Below, piece after piece: positions 37,960-52,400 of a stretch of 64,000 nucleotides of DNA (its first letter is position 1; the number at the start of each line of letters is the position of its first letter). Position numbers and translations under genes: made by a program. The notes under the pieces were generated by a model. It was not told the DNA's origin. It was given only the letters and a program-made list of their open reading frames with translations, and did no database searches. The DNA is from Azolla caroliniana (lineage: Eukaryota; Plantae; Polypodiophyta). The stretch spans positions 372,001 to 436,000 of the forward strand of contig JBHGNT010000024.1 of assembly GCA_043228905.1 (NCBI GenBank), in the 5' to 3' direction.

Positions 37960-40900
37960 TGTTCATACCTGGCTCGTCTGATATCGGATTTTTGTGTTCA
38001 AACATGCGAATCGAAGCTAACAACGCTACCTATGATATGGAATTAAAAAATCAAGATTTTTAAACTCAGGTCGAGAGACATGACGAAAATAGCAAACTTG
38101 AGGAGGGAGTTGAGAGGAGCCCTTGAGTAAATTAAAATGTTCATACCTGGCTCGTGTGATATCGGATTTTTGTGTTCAAACATGCGAATCGAAGCTAACA
38201 ACGCTACCTATGATATGGAATTAAAAAATCAAGATTTTTAAACTCAGGTCGAGAGACATGACGAAATTACCAAATTTGAGGAGTGAGTTGAGAAGAGGTA
38301 GTAGGTAAATTAAAATGTTCATACCTGGCTCGTGTGATATCGGATTTTTGTGTTCAAACATGCGAATTGAAGCTAACAATGCTACCTATGATATGGAATT
38401 AAAAAATCAAGATTTTGAAACTCAGGTCGAGAGACATGATGAAAATAGCAAACTTGAGGAGGGAGTTGAGAAGAGCCCTTGAGTAAATTAAAATGTTCAT
38501 ACCTGGCTCGTGTGATATCGGATTTTTGTGTTCAAACATGCGAATCGAAGCTAACAACGCTAGCTATGATATGGAATTAAAAAATCAACATTTTGAAACT
38601 CAGGTCGAGAGACATGACAAGAATAGCAAACTTGAGGAGGGAGTTGAGAGGAGCCCTTGAGTAATTTAAAATGTTCATACCTGCCTCGTGTGATATCGGA
38701 TTTTTGTGTCCAAACATGCAAATCAAAGCTAACAACGCTAGCTATGATATGGACTTAAAAAATCAAGATTTTGAAACTCAAGTCGAGAGACATGACGAAA
38801 TTACCAAATTTGAGGAGTGAGTTGAGAAGAGGTAGTAGGTAAATTAAAATGTTCATACCTGGCTCGTGTGATATCGGATTTTTGTGTTCAAACATGCGAA
38901 TTGAAGCTAACAACGCTACCTATGATATGGAATTAAAAAATCAAGATTTTGAAACTCAGGTCGAGAGACATGACGAAAATAACAAACTTGAGGAGGGAGT
39001 TGAGAAGAGCCCTTGAGTAAATTAAAATGTTCATACCTGGCTCGTGTGATATCGGATTTTTGTGTTCAAACATGCGAATCGAAGCTAACAACGCTACCTA
39101 TGATATGGAATTAAAAAATCAAGATTTTGAAACTCAGCTCGAGAGACATGACGAAAATAGCAAACTTGAGGAAGGAGTTGAGAGGACCCCTTGAGTAAAT
39201 TAAAATGTTCATACCTGGCTCGTGTGATATCGGATTTTTGTGTTCAAACATGCGAATCGAAGCTAACAACGCTAGCTATGATATGGAATTAAAAAATCAA
39301 GATTTTTAAACTCAGGTCGAGAGACATGACGAAAATAGCAAACTTGAGGAGGGAGTTGAGAGGAGCCCTTGAGTAAATTAAAATGTTCATACCTGGCTCG
39401 TGTGATATCGGATTTTTGTGTTCAAACAGGCGAATCGAAGCTAACAACGCTAGCTATGATATGGAATTAAAAAATCAAGAATATGAAACTCAGGTCGAGA
39501 GACATGATGAAAATAGCAAACTTGAGGAGGGAGTTGAGAAGAGCCCTTGAGTAAATTAAAATGTTCATACCTGGCTCGTGTGATATCGGATTTTTGTGTT
39601 CAAACATGCGAATCGAAGCTAACAACGCTACCTATGATATGGAATTAAAAAATCAAGATTTTTAAACTCAGGTCGAGAGACATGACGAAAATAGCAAACT
39701 TGAGGAGGGAGTTGAGAGGAGCCCTTGAGTAAATTAAAATGTTCATACCTAGCTCCTGTGATATCGGATTTTTGTGTTCAAACATGCGAATCGAAGCTAA
39801 CAACGCTACCTATGATATGGAATTAAAAAATCAAGATTTTGAAACTCAGGTCGAGAGACATGACGAAAATAGCAAACTTGAGGAAGGAGTTGAGAGGACC
39901 CCTTGAGTAAATTAAAATGTTCATACCTGGCTCGTGTGATATCGGATTTTTGTGTTCAAACATGCGAATCGAAGCTAACAACGCTACCTATGATATGGAA
40001 TTAAAAAATCAAGATTTTTAAACTCAGGTCGAGAGACATGACGAAATTACCAAATTTGAGGACTGAGTTGAGAAGAGCTAGTAGGTAAATTAAAATGTTC
40101 ATACCTAGGTCGTGTGATATCGGATTTTTGTGTTCAAACATGCGAATCGAAGCTAACAACGCTACCTATGATATGGAATTAAAAAATCAAGATTCTAAAA
40201 CTCAAGTCCAGAGACATGACGAAAATAGCAAACTTGAGGAGGGAGTTAAGAGTAGCCCTTGAGTAAATTAAAATGTTCATACCTGGCTCGTGTGATAAGG
40301 ATTTTTGTGTTCAAACATGCGAATCGAAGCTAACAACGCTAGCTATGATATGGAATTAAAAAATCAAGAATTTGAAACTCAGGTCGAGAGACATGACGAA
40401 ATTACCAAATTTGAGGAGTGATTTGAGAGGAGCCGTTGAGTAAATTAAAATGTTCATATCGGGCTCGTGTGATATCGGATTTTTGTGTTCAAACATGCAA
40501 ATCGAAGCTAACAACGCTACCTATGATATGGAATTAAAAAATCAAGATTTTGAAACTCAGGTCGAGAGACATGATGAAAATAGCAAACTTGAGGAGGGAG
40601 TTGAGAAGAGCCCTTGAGTAAATTAAAATGTTCATACCTGGCTCGTGTGATATCGGATTTTTGTGTTCAAACATGCGAATCGAAGCTAACAACGCTAGCT
40701 ATGATATGGAATTAAAAAATCAAGATTTTGAAACTCAGGTCGAGAGACATGACAAGAATAGCAAACTTGAGGAGGGAGTTGAGAGGAGCCCTTGAGTAAT
40801 TTAAAATGTTCATACCTGCCTCGTGTGATATCGGATTTTTGTGTCCAAACATGCAAATCAAAGCTAACAACGCTAGCTATGATATGGACTTAAAAAATCA

Positions 40901-41189
40901 AGATTTTGAAACTCAAGTCGAGAGACATGACGAAATTACCAAATTTGAGGAGTGAGTTGAGAAGAGGTAGTAGGTAAATTAAAATGTTCATACCTGGCTC
41001 GTGTGATATCGGATTTTTGTGTTCAAACATGCGAATTGAAGCTAACAACGCTACCTATGATATGGAATTAAAGAATCAAGATTTTGAAACTCAGGTCGAG
41101 AGACATTACGAAAATAACAAACTTGAGGAGTGATTTGAGAGGAGCCCTTGAGTAAATTAAAATGTTCATACCTGGCTCGTGTGATATCG

Positions 41190-43360
41190 GATTTTTGTGT
41201 TCAAACATGCGAATCGAAGCTAACAACGCTACCTATGATATGGAATTAAAAAATCAAGATTTTGAAACTCAGCTCGAGAGACATGACGAAAATAGCAAAC
41301 TCGAGGAAGGAGTTGAGAAGAGCTAGTAGGTCAATTAAAATGTTCATACCTGGCTCGTGTCATATCCGATTTTTGTGTTCAAACATGGGAATCGAAGCTA
41401 ACAACGCTAGCTATGATATGGAATTAAAAAATCAACATTTTGAAACTCATGTTGAGAGATGTGACGAAATTACCAAATTTGAGGAGTGATTTGAGAGGAG
41501 CCCTTGAGTAAATTAAAATGTTCATACCTAGCTCGTGTGATATCGGATTTTTGTGTTCAAACATGCGAATCGAAGCTAACAATGCTACCTATGATATGGA
41601 ATTAAAAAATCAAGATTTTGAAACTCAGGTCGAGAGACATGATGAAAATAGCAAACTTGAGGAGGGAGTTGAGAAGAGCCCTTGAGTAAATTAAAATGTT
41701 CATACCTGGCTCGTGTGATATCGGATTTTTGTGTTCAAACATGCGAATCGAAGCTAACAACGCTACCTATGATATGGAATTAAAAAATCAAGATTTTTAA
41801 ACTCAGGTCGAGAGACATGACGAAAATAGCAAACTTGAGGAGGGAGTTGAGAGGAGCCCTTGAGTAAATTAAAATGTTCATACCTAGCTCCTGTGATATC
41901 GGATTTTTGTGTTCAAACATGCGAATCGAAGCTAACAACGCTACCTATGATATGGAATTAAAAAATCAAGATTTTGAAACTCAGCTCGAGAGACATGACG
42001 AAAATAGCAAACTTGAGGAAGGAGTTGAGAAGAGCTAGTAGGTCAATTAAAATGTTCATACCTGGCTCGTGTCATATCGGATTTTTGTGTTCAAACATGG
42101 GAATCGAAGCTAACAACGCTAGCTATGATATGGAATTAAAAAATCAACATTTTGAAACTCATGTCGAGAGATGTGACGAAATTACCAAATTTGAGGAGTG
42201 ATTTGAGAGGAGCCCTTGAGTAAATTTAAATGTTCATATCGGGCTCGTGTGATATCGGATTTTTGTGTTCAAACATGCGAATCGAAGCTAACAACGCTAC
42301 CTATGATATGGAATTAAAAAATCAAGATTTTGAAACTCAGCTCGAGAGACATGACGAAAATAGCAAACTCGAGGAAGGAGTTGAGAAGAGCTAGTAGGTC
42401 AATTAAAATGTTCATACCTGGCTCGTGTCATATCCGATTTTTGTGTTCAAACATGGGAATCGAAGCTAACAACGCTAGCTATGATATGGAATTAAAAAAT
42501 CAACATTTTGAAACTCATGTTGAGAGATGTGACGAAATTACCAAATTTGAGGAGTGATTTGAGAGGAGCCCTTGAGTAAATTAAAATGTTCATACCTAGC
42601 TCGTGTGATATCGGATTTTTGTGTTCAAACATGCGAATCGAAGCTAACAATGCTACCTATGATATGGAATTAAAAAATCAAGATTTTGAAACTCAGGTCG
42701 AGAGACATGATGAAAATAGCAAACTTGAGGAGGGAGTTGAGAAGAGCCCTTGAGTAAATTAAAATGTTCATACCTGGCTCGTGTGATATCGGATTTTTGT
42801 GTTCAAACATGCGAATCGAAGCTAACAACGCTACCTATGATATGGAATTAAAAAATCAAGATTTTTAAACTCAGGTCGAGAGACATGACGAAAATAGCAA
42901 ACTTGAGGAGGGAGTTGAGAGGAGCCCTTGAGTAAATTAAAATGTTCATACCTAGCTCCTGTGATATCGGATTTTTGTGTTCAAACATGCGAATCGAAGC
43001 TAACAACGCTACCTATGATATGGAATTAAAAAATCAAGATTTTGAAACTCAGCTCGAGAGACATGACGAAAATAGCAAACTTGAGGAAGGAGTTGAGAAG
43101 AGCTAGTAGGTCAATTAAAATGTTCATACCTGGCTCGTGTCATATCGGATTTTTGTGTTCAAACATGGGAATCGAAGCTAACAACGCTAGCTATGATATG
43201 GAATTAAAAAATCAACATTTTGAAACTCATGTCGAGAGATGTGACGAAATTACCAAATTTGAGGAGTGATTTGAGAGGAGCCCTTGAGTAAATTTAAATG
43301 TTCATATCGGGCTCGTGTGATATCGGATTTTTGTGTTCAAACATGCGAATCGAAGCTAAC
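41190..43360 (+). repeat. Tandem 6-mer duplication (1068 bp)
   Basis: Identical variant order; ORF-track pairs 41262/42330 and 41974/43042 are both offset 1068 = 6x178. Confidence 0.9.
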
Positions 43361-46300
43361 AACGTTACCTATGATATGGAATTAAAAAATCAAGATTTTG
43401 AAACTCAGGTCGAGAGACATGACGAAAATAGCAAACTTGAGGAGGGAGTTGAGAGGAGCCCTTGAGTAAATTAAAATGTTCATACCTAGCTCGTGTGATA
43501 TCGGATTTTTGTGTTCAAACATGCGAATCGAAGCTAACAATGCTACCTATGATATGGAATTAAAAAATCAAGATTTTGAAACTCAGGTCGAGAGACATGA
43601 TGAAAATAGCAAACTTGAGGAGGGAGTTGAGAAGAGCCCTTGAGTAAATTAAAATGTTCATACCTGGCTCGTGTGATATCGGATTTTTGTGTTCAAACAT
43701 GCGAATCGAAGCTAACAACGCTACCTATGATATGGAATTAAAAAATCAAGATTTTTAAACTCAGGTCGAGAGACATGACGAAATTACCAAATTTGAGGAG
43801 TGAGTTGAGAAGAGGTAGTAGGTAAATTAAAATGTTCATACCTGGCTCGTGTGATATCGGATTTTTGTGTTCAAACATGCGAATTGAAGCTAACAACGCT
43901 ACCTATGATATGGAATTAAAAAATCAAGATTTTGAAACTCAGGTCGAGAGACATGATGAAAATAGCAAACTTGAGGAGGGAGTTGAGAAGAGCCCTTGAG
44001 TAAATTAAAATGTTCATACCTGGCTCGTGTGATATCGGATTTTTGTGTTCAAACATGCGAATCGAAGCTAACAACGCTAGCTATGATATGGAATTAAAAA
44101 ATCAAGATTTTGAAACTCAGGTCGAGAGACATGACAAGAATAGCAAACTTGAGGAGGGAGTTGAGAGGAGCCCTTGAGTAATTTAAAATGTTCATACCTG
44201 CCTCGTGTGATATCGGATTTTTGTGTCCAAACATGCAAATCAAAGCTAACAACGCTAGCTATGATATGGACTTAAAAAATCAAGATTTTGAAACTCAAGT
44301 CGAGAGACATGACGAAATTACCAAATTTGAGGAGTGAGTTGAGAAGAGGTAGTAGGTAAATTAAAATGTTCATACCTGGCTCGTGTGATATCGGATTTTT
44401 GTGTTCAAACATGCGAATTGAAGCTAACAACGCTACCTATGATATGGAATTAAAAAATCAAGATTTTGATACTCAGGTCGAGAGACATGACGAAAATAAC
44501 AAACTTGAGGAGGGAGTTGAGAAGAGCCCTTGAGTAAATTAAAATGTTCATACCTGGCTCGTGTGATATCGGATTTTTGTGTTCAAACATGCGAATCGAA
44601 GCTAACAACGCTACCTATGATATGGAATTAAAAAATCAAGATTTTGAAACTCAGCTCGAGAGACATGACGAAAATAGCAAACTTGAGGAAGGAGTTGAGA
44701 AGAGCTAGTAGGTCAATTAAAATGTTCATACCTGGCTCGTGTCATATCCGATTTTTGTGTTCAAACATGGGAATCGAAGCTAACAACGCTAGCTATGATA
44801 TGGAATTAAAAAATCAACATTTTGAAACTCATGTCGAGAGATGTGACGAAATTACCAAATTTGAGGAGTGATTTGAGAGGAGCCCTTGAGTAAATTAAAA
44901 TGTTCATACCTAGCTCGTGTGATATCGGATTTTTGTGTTCAAACATGCGAATCGAAGCTAACAATGCTACCTATGATATGGAATTAAAAAATCAAGATTT
45001 TGAAACTCAGGTCGAGAGACATGATGAAAATAGCAAACTTGAGGAGGGAGTTGAGAAGAGCCCTTGAGTAAATTAAAATGTTCATACCTGGCTCGTGTGA
45101 TATCGGATTTTTGTGTTCAAACATGCGAATCGAAGCTAACAACGCTACCTATGATATGGAATTAAAAAATCAAGATTTTTAAACTCAGGTCGAGAGACAT
45201 GACGAAAATAGCAAACTTGAGGAGGGAGTTGAGAGGAGCCCTTGAGTAAATTAAAATGTTCATACCTAGCTCCTGTGATATCGGATTTTTGTGTTCAAAC
45301 ATGCGAATCGAAGCTAACAACGCTACCTATGATATGGAATTAAAAAATCAAGATTTTGAAACTCAGCTCGAGAGACATGACGAAAATAGCAAACTTGAGG
45401 AAGGAGTTGAGAGGACCCCTTGAGTAAATTAAAATGTTCATACCTGGCTCGTGTGATATCGGATTTTTGTGTTCAAACATGCGAATCGAAGCTAACAACG
45501 CTAGCTATGATATGGAATTAAAAAATCAAGATTTTGAAACTCAGGTCGAGAGAGATGATGAAAATAGCAAACTTGAGGAGGGAGTTGAGAAGAGCCCTTG
45601 AGTAAATTAAAATGTTCATACCTGGCTCGTGTGATATCGGATTTTTGTGTTCAAACATGCGAATCGAAGCTAACAACGCTAGCTATGATATGGAATTAAA
45701 AAATCAAGATTTTGAAACTCAGGTCGAGAGACATGACGAAAATAACAAACTTGAGGAAGGAGTTGAGAGGAGCCCTTGAGTAAATTAAAATGTTCATACC
45801 TGGCTCGTGTGATATCGGATTTTTGTGTTCAAACATGCGAATCGAAGCTAACAACGCTACCTATGATATGGAATTAAAAAATCAAGATTTTGAAACTCAG
45901 GTCGAGAGACATGACGAAAATAGCAAACTTGAGGAGGGAGTTGAGAGGAGCCCTTGAGTAAATTAAAATGTTCATACCTAGCTCGTGTGATATCGGATTT
46001 TTGTGTTCAAACATGCGAATCGAAGCTAACAATGCTACCTATGATATGGAATTAAAAAATCAAGATTTTGAAACTCAGGTCGAGAGACATGATGAAAATA
46101 GCAAACTTGAGGAGGGAGTTGAGAAGAGCCCTTGAGTAAATTAAAATGTTCATACCTGGCTCGTGTGATATCGGATTTTTGTGTTCAAACATGCGAATCG
46201 AAGCTAACAACGCTACCTATGATATGGAATTAAAAAATCAAGATTTTTAAACTCAGGTCGAGAGACATGACGAAAATAGCAAACTTGAGGAGGGAGTTGA

Positions 46301-49300
46301 GAGGAGCCCTTGAGTAAATTAAAATGTTCATACCTAGCTCGTGTGATATCGGATTTTTGTGTTCAAACATGCGAATCGAAGCTAACAATGCTACCTATGA
46401 TATGGAATTAAAAAATCAAGATTTTGAAACTCAGGTCGAGAGACATGACGAAAATAGCAAACTTGAGGAGGGAGTTGAGAGGAGCCCTTGAGTAAATTAA
46501 AATGTTCATACCTGGCTCGTGTGATATCGGATTTTTGTGTTCAAACATGCGAATCGAAGCTAACAACGCTACCTATGATATGGAATTAAAAAATCAAGAT
46601 TTTGAAACTCAGGTCGAGAGACATGACGAAATTACCAAATTTGAGGAGTGATTTGAGAGGAGCCCTTGAGTAAATTAAAATGTTCATATCGGGCTCGTGT
46701 GATATCGGATTTTTGTGTTCAAACATGCGAATCGAAGCTAACAACGCTACCTATGATATGGAATTAAAAAATCAAGATTTTGAAACTCAGGTCGCGAGAG
46801 ATGACGAAATTACCAAATTTGAGGAGTGATTTGAGAGGAGCCCTTGAGTAAATTAAAATGTTCATACCTGGCTCGTGTGATATGGGATTTTTGTTGTCAA
46901 ACATGCGAATCGAAGCTAACAACGCTAGCTATGATATGGAATTAAAAAATCAAGATTTTGAAACTCAGGTCGAGAGACATGACGAAATTACCAACTTTGA
47001 GGAGTGAGTTGAGAAGAGCTAGTAGGTAAATTAAAATGTTCATACCTGGCTCGTGTCATATCAGATTTTTGTGTTCAAACATGCGAATCGAAGCTAACAA
47101 CGCTACCTATGATATGGAATTAAAAAATCAAGAATTTGAAACTCAGGTCGAGAGACATGACGAAAATAGCAAACTTGAGGAGGGAGTTGAGAGGAGCCCT
47201 TGAGTAAATTAAAATGTTCATACCTAGCTCCTGTGATATCGGATTTTTGTGTTCAAACATGCGAATCGAAGCTAACAACGCTACCTATGATATGGAATTA
47301 AAAAATCAAGATTTTGAAACTCAGGCCGAGGGACATGATGAAAATAGCAAACTTGAGGAGGGAGTTGAGAGGAGCCCTTGAGTAAATTAAAATGTTCATA
47401 CCTAGCTCGTGTGATATCGGATTTTTGTGTTCAAACATGCGAATCGAAGCTAACAACGCTACCTATGATATGGAATTAAAAAATCAAGATTTTGAAACTC
47501 AGGTCGAGAGACATGACGAAAATAGCAAACTTGAGGAAGGAGTTGAGAGGAGCCCTTGAGTAAATTAAAATGTTCATACCTGGCTCGTGTGATATCGGAT
47601 TTTTGTGTTCAAACATGCAAATCGAAGATAACAACGCTACCTATGATATGGAATTAAAAAATCAAGATTTTGAAACTCAGGTCGAGAGACATGACGAAAT
47701 TACCAAATTTGAGGAGTGATTTGAGAGGAGCCCTTGAGTAAATTAAAATGTTCATATCGGGTTCGTGTGATATCGGATTTTTGTGTTCAAACATGCGAAT
47801 CGAAGCTAACAACGCTAGCTATGATATGGAATTAAAAAATCAAGATTTTGAAACTCAGGTCGAGAGACATGACGAAAATAGCAAACTTGAGGAGGGAGTT
47901 GAGAGGAGCCCTTGAGTAAATTAAAATGTTCATACCTAGCTCCTGTGATATCGGATTTTTGTGTTCAAACATGCGAATCGAAGCTAACAACGCTACCTAT
48001 GATATGGAATTAAAAAATCAAGATTTTGAAACTCAGGTCGAGAGACATGACGAAAATAGCAAACTTGAGGAAGGAGTTGAGAGGACCCCTTGAGTAAATT
48101 AAAATGTTCATACCTGGCTCGTGTGATATCGGATTTTTGTGTTCAAACATGCGAATCGAAGCTAACAACGCTAGCTATGATATGGAATTAAAAAATCAAG
48201 AATTTGAAACTCAGGTCGAGAGACATGACGAAATTACCAAATTTGAGGAGTGATTTGAGAGGAGCCCTTGAGTAAATTAAAATGTTCATATCGGGCTCGT
48301 GTGATATCGGATTTTTGTGTTCAAACATGCAAATCGAAGCTAACAACGCTACCTATGATATGGAATTAAAAAATCAAGATTTTGAAACTCAGGTCGAGAG
48401 ACATGATGAAAATAGCAAACTTGAGGAGGGAGTTGAGAAGAGCCCTTGAGTAAATTAAAATGTTCATACCTGGCTCGTGTGATATCGGATTTTTGTGTTC
48501 AAACATGCGAATCGAAGCTAACAACGCTAGCTATGATATGGAATTAAAAAATCAAGATTTTGAAACTCAGGTCGAGAGACATGACAAGAATAGCAAACTT
48601 GAGGAGGGAGTTGAGAGGAGCCCTTGAGTAATTTAAAATGTTCATACCTGCCTCGTGTGATATCGGATTTTTGTGTCCAAACATGCAAATCAAAGCTAAC
48701 AACGCTAGCTATGATATGGACTTAAAAAATCAAGATTTTGAAACTCAAGTCGAGAGACATGACGAAATTACCAAATTTGAGGAGTGAGTTGAGAAGAGGT
48801 AGTAGGTAAATTAAAATGTTCATACCTGGCTCGTGTGATATCGGATTTTTGTGTTCAAACATGCGAATTGAAGCTAACAACGCTACCTATGATATGGAAT
48901 TAAAGAATCAAGATTTTGAAACTCAGGTCGAGAGACATGACGAAAATAACAAACTTGAGGAGTGATTTGAGAGGAGCCCTTGAGTAAATTAAAATGTTCA
49001 TACCTGGCTCGTGTGATATCGGATTTTTGTGTTCAAACATGCGAATCGAAGCTAACAACGCTACCTATGATATGGAATTAAAAAATCAAGATTTTGAAAC
49101 TCAGCTCGAGAGACATGACGAAAATAGCAAACTCGAGGAAGGAGTTGAGAAGAGCTAGTAGGTCAATTAAAATGTTCATACCTGGCTCGTGTCATATCCG
49201 ATTTTTGTGTTCAAACATGGGAATCGAAGCTAACAACGCTAGCTATGATATGGAATTAAAAAATCAACATTTTGAAACTCATGTTGAGAGATGTGACGAA

Positions 49301-49429
49301 ATTACCAAATTTGAGGAGTGATTTGAGAGGAGCCCTTGAGTAAATTAAAATGTTCATACCTAGCTCGTGTGATATCGGATTTTTGTGTTCAAACATGCGA
49401 ATCGAAGCTAACAATGCTACCTATGATAT

Positions 49430-52400
49430 GGAATTAAAAAATCAAGATTTTGAAACTCAGGTCGAGAGACATGATGAAAATAGCAAACTTGAGGAGGGAG
49501 TTGAGAAGAGCCCTTGAGTAAATTAAAATGTTCATACCTGGCTCGTGTGATATCGGATTTTTGTGTTCAAACATGCGAATCGAAGCTAACAACGCTACCT
49601 ATGATATGGAATTAAAAAATCAAGATTTTTAAACTCAGGTCGAGAGACATGACGAAAATAGCAAACTTGAGGAGGGAGTTGAGAGGAGCCCTTGAGTAAA
49701 TTAAAATGTTCATACCTAGCTCCTGTGATATCGGATTTTTGTGTTCAAACATGCGAATCGAAGCTAACAACGCTACCTATGATATGGAATTAAAAAATCA
49801 AGATTTTGAAACTCAGCTCGAGAGACATGACGAAAATAGCAAACTTGAGGAAGGAGTTGAGAAGAGCTAGTAGGTCAATTAAAATGTTCATACCTGGCTC
49901 GTGTCATATCGGATTTTTGTGTTCAAACATGGGAATCGAAGCTAACAACGCTAGCTATGATATGGAATTAAAAAATCAACATTTTGAAACTCATGTCGAG
50001 AGATGTGACGAAATTACCAAATTTGAGGAGTGATTTGAGAGGAGCCCTTGAGTAAATTTAAATGTTCATATCGGGCTCGTGTGATATCGGATTTTTGTGT
50101 TCAAACATGCGAATCGAAGCTAACAACGCTACCTATGATATGGAATTAAAAAATCAAGATTTTGAAACTCAGCTCGAGAGACATGACGAAAATAGCAAAC
50201 TCGAGGAAGGAGTTGAGAAGAGCTAGTAGGTCAATTAAAATGTTCATACCTGGCTCGTGTCATATCCGATTTTTGTGTTCAAACATGGGAATCGAAGCTA
50301 ACAACGCTAGCTATGATATGGAATTAAAAAATCAACATTTTGAAACTCATGTTGAGAGATGTGACGAAATTACCAAATTTGAGGAGTGATTTGAGAGGAG
50401 CCCTTGAGTAAATTAAAATGTTCATACCTAGCTCGTGTGATATCGGATTTTTGTGTTCAAACATGCGAATCGAAGCTAACAATGCTACCTATGATATGGA
50501 ATTAAAAAATCAAGATTTTGAAACTCAGGTCGAGAGACATGATGAAAATAGCAAACTTGAGGAGGGAGTTGAGAAGAGCCCTTGAGTAAATTAAAATGTT
50601 CATACCTGGCTCGTGTGATATCGGATTTTTGTGTTCAAACATGCGAATCGAAGCTAACAACGCTACCTATGATATGGAATTAAAAAATCAAGATTTTTAA
50701 ACTCAGGTCGAGAGACATGACGAAAATAGCAAACTTGAGGAGGGAGTTGAGAGGAGCCCTTGAGTAAATTAAAATGTTCATACCTAGCTCCTGTGATATC
50801 GGATTTTTGTGTTCAAACATGCGAATCGAAGCTAACAACGCTACCTATGATATGGAATTAAAAAATCAAGATTTTGAAACTCAGGTCGAGAGACATGACG
50901 AAAATAGCAAACTTGAGGAAGGAGTTGAGAGGACCCCTTGAGTAAATTAAAATGTTCATACCTGGCTCGTGTGATATCGGATTTTTGTGTTCAAACATGC
51001 GAATCGAAGCTAACAACGCTAGCTATGATATGGAATTAAAAAATCAAGAATTTGAAACTCAGGTCGAGAGACATGACGAAATTACCAAATTTGAGGAGTG
51101 ATTTGAGAGGAGCCCTTGAGTAAATTAAAATGTTCATATCGGGCTCGTGTGATATCGGATTTTTGTGTTCAAACATGCAAATCGAAGCTAACAACGCTAC
51201 CTATGATATGGAATTAAAAAATCAAGATTTTGAAACTCAGGTCGAGAGACATGATGAAAATAGCAAACTTGAGGAGGGAGTTGAGAAGAGCCCTTGAGTA
51301 AATTAAAATGTTCATACCTGGCTCGTGTGATATCGGATTTTTGTGTTCAAACATGCGAATCAAAGCTAACAACGCTAGCTATGATATGGAATTAAAAAAT
51401 CAAGATTTTGAAACTCAGGTCGAGAGACATGACAAGAATAGCAAACTTGAGGAGGGAGTTGAGAGGAGCCCTTGAGTAATTTAAAATGTTCATACCTGCC
51501 TCGTGTGATATCGGATTTTTGTGTCCAAACATGCAAATCAAAGCTATCAACGCTAGCTATGATATGGACTTAAAAAATCAAGATTTTGAAACTCAAGTCG
51601 AGAGACATGACGAAATTACCAAATTTGAGGAGTGAGTTGAGAAGAGGTAGTAGGTAAATTAAAATGTTCATACCTGGCTCGTGTGATATCGGATTTTTGT
51701 GTTCAAACATGCGAATTGAAGCTAACAACGCTACCTATGATATGGAATTAAAGAATCAAGATTTTGAAACTCAGGTCGAGAGACATGACGAAAATAACAA
51801 ACTTGAGGAGTGATTTGAGAGGAGCCCTTGAGTAAATTAAAATGTTCATACCTGGCTCGTGTGATATCGGATTTTTGTGTTCAAACATGCGAATCGAAGC
51901 TAACAACGCTACCTATGATATGGAATTAAAAAATCAAGATTTTGAAACTCAGCTCGAGAGACATGACGAAAATAGCAAACTCGAGGAAGGAGTTGAGAAG
52001 AGCTAGTAGGTCAATTAAAATGTTCATACCTGGCTCGTGTCATATCCGATTTTTGTGTTCAAACATGGGAATCGAAGCTAACAACGCTAGCTATGATATG
52101 GAATTAAAAAATCAACATTTTGAAACTCATGTTGAGAGATGTGACGAAATTACCAAATTTGAGGAGTGATTTGAGAGGAGCCCTTGAGTAAATTAAAATG
52201 TTCATACCTAGCTCGTGTGATATCGGATTTTTGTGTTCAAACATGCGAATCGAAGCTAACAATGCTACCTATGATATGGAATTAAAAAATCAAGATTTTG
52301 AAACTCAGGTCGAGAGACATGATGAAAATAGCAAACTTGAGGAGGGAGTTGAGAAGAGCCCTTGAGTAAATTAAAATGTTCATACCTGGCTCGTGTGATA

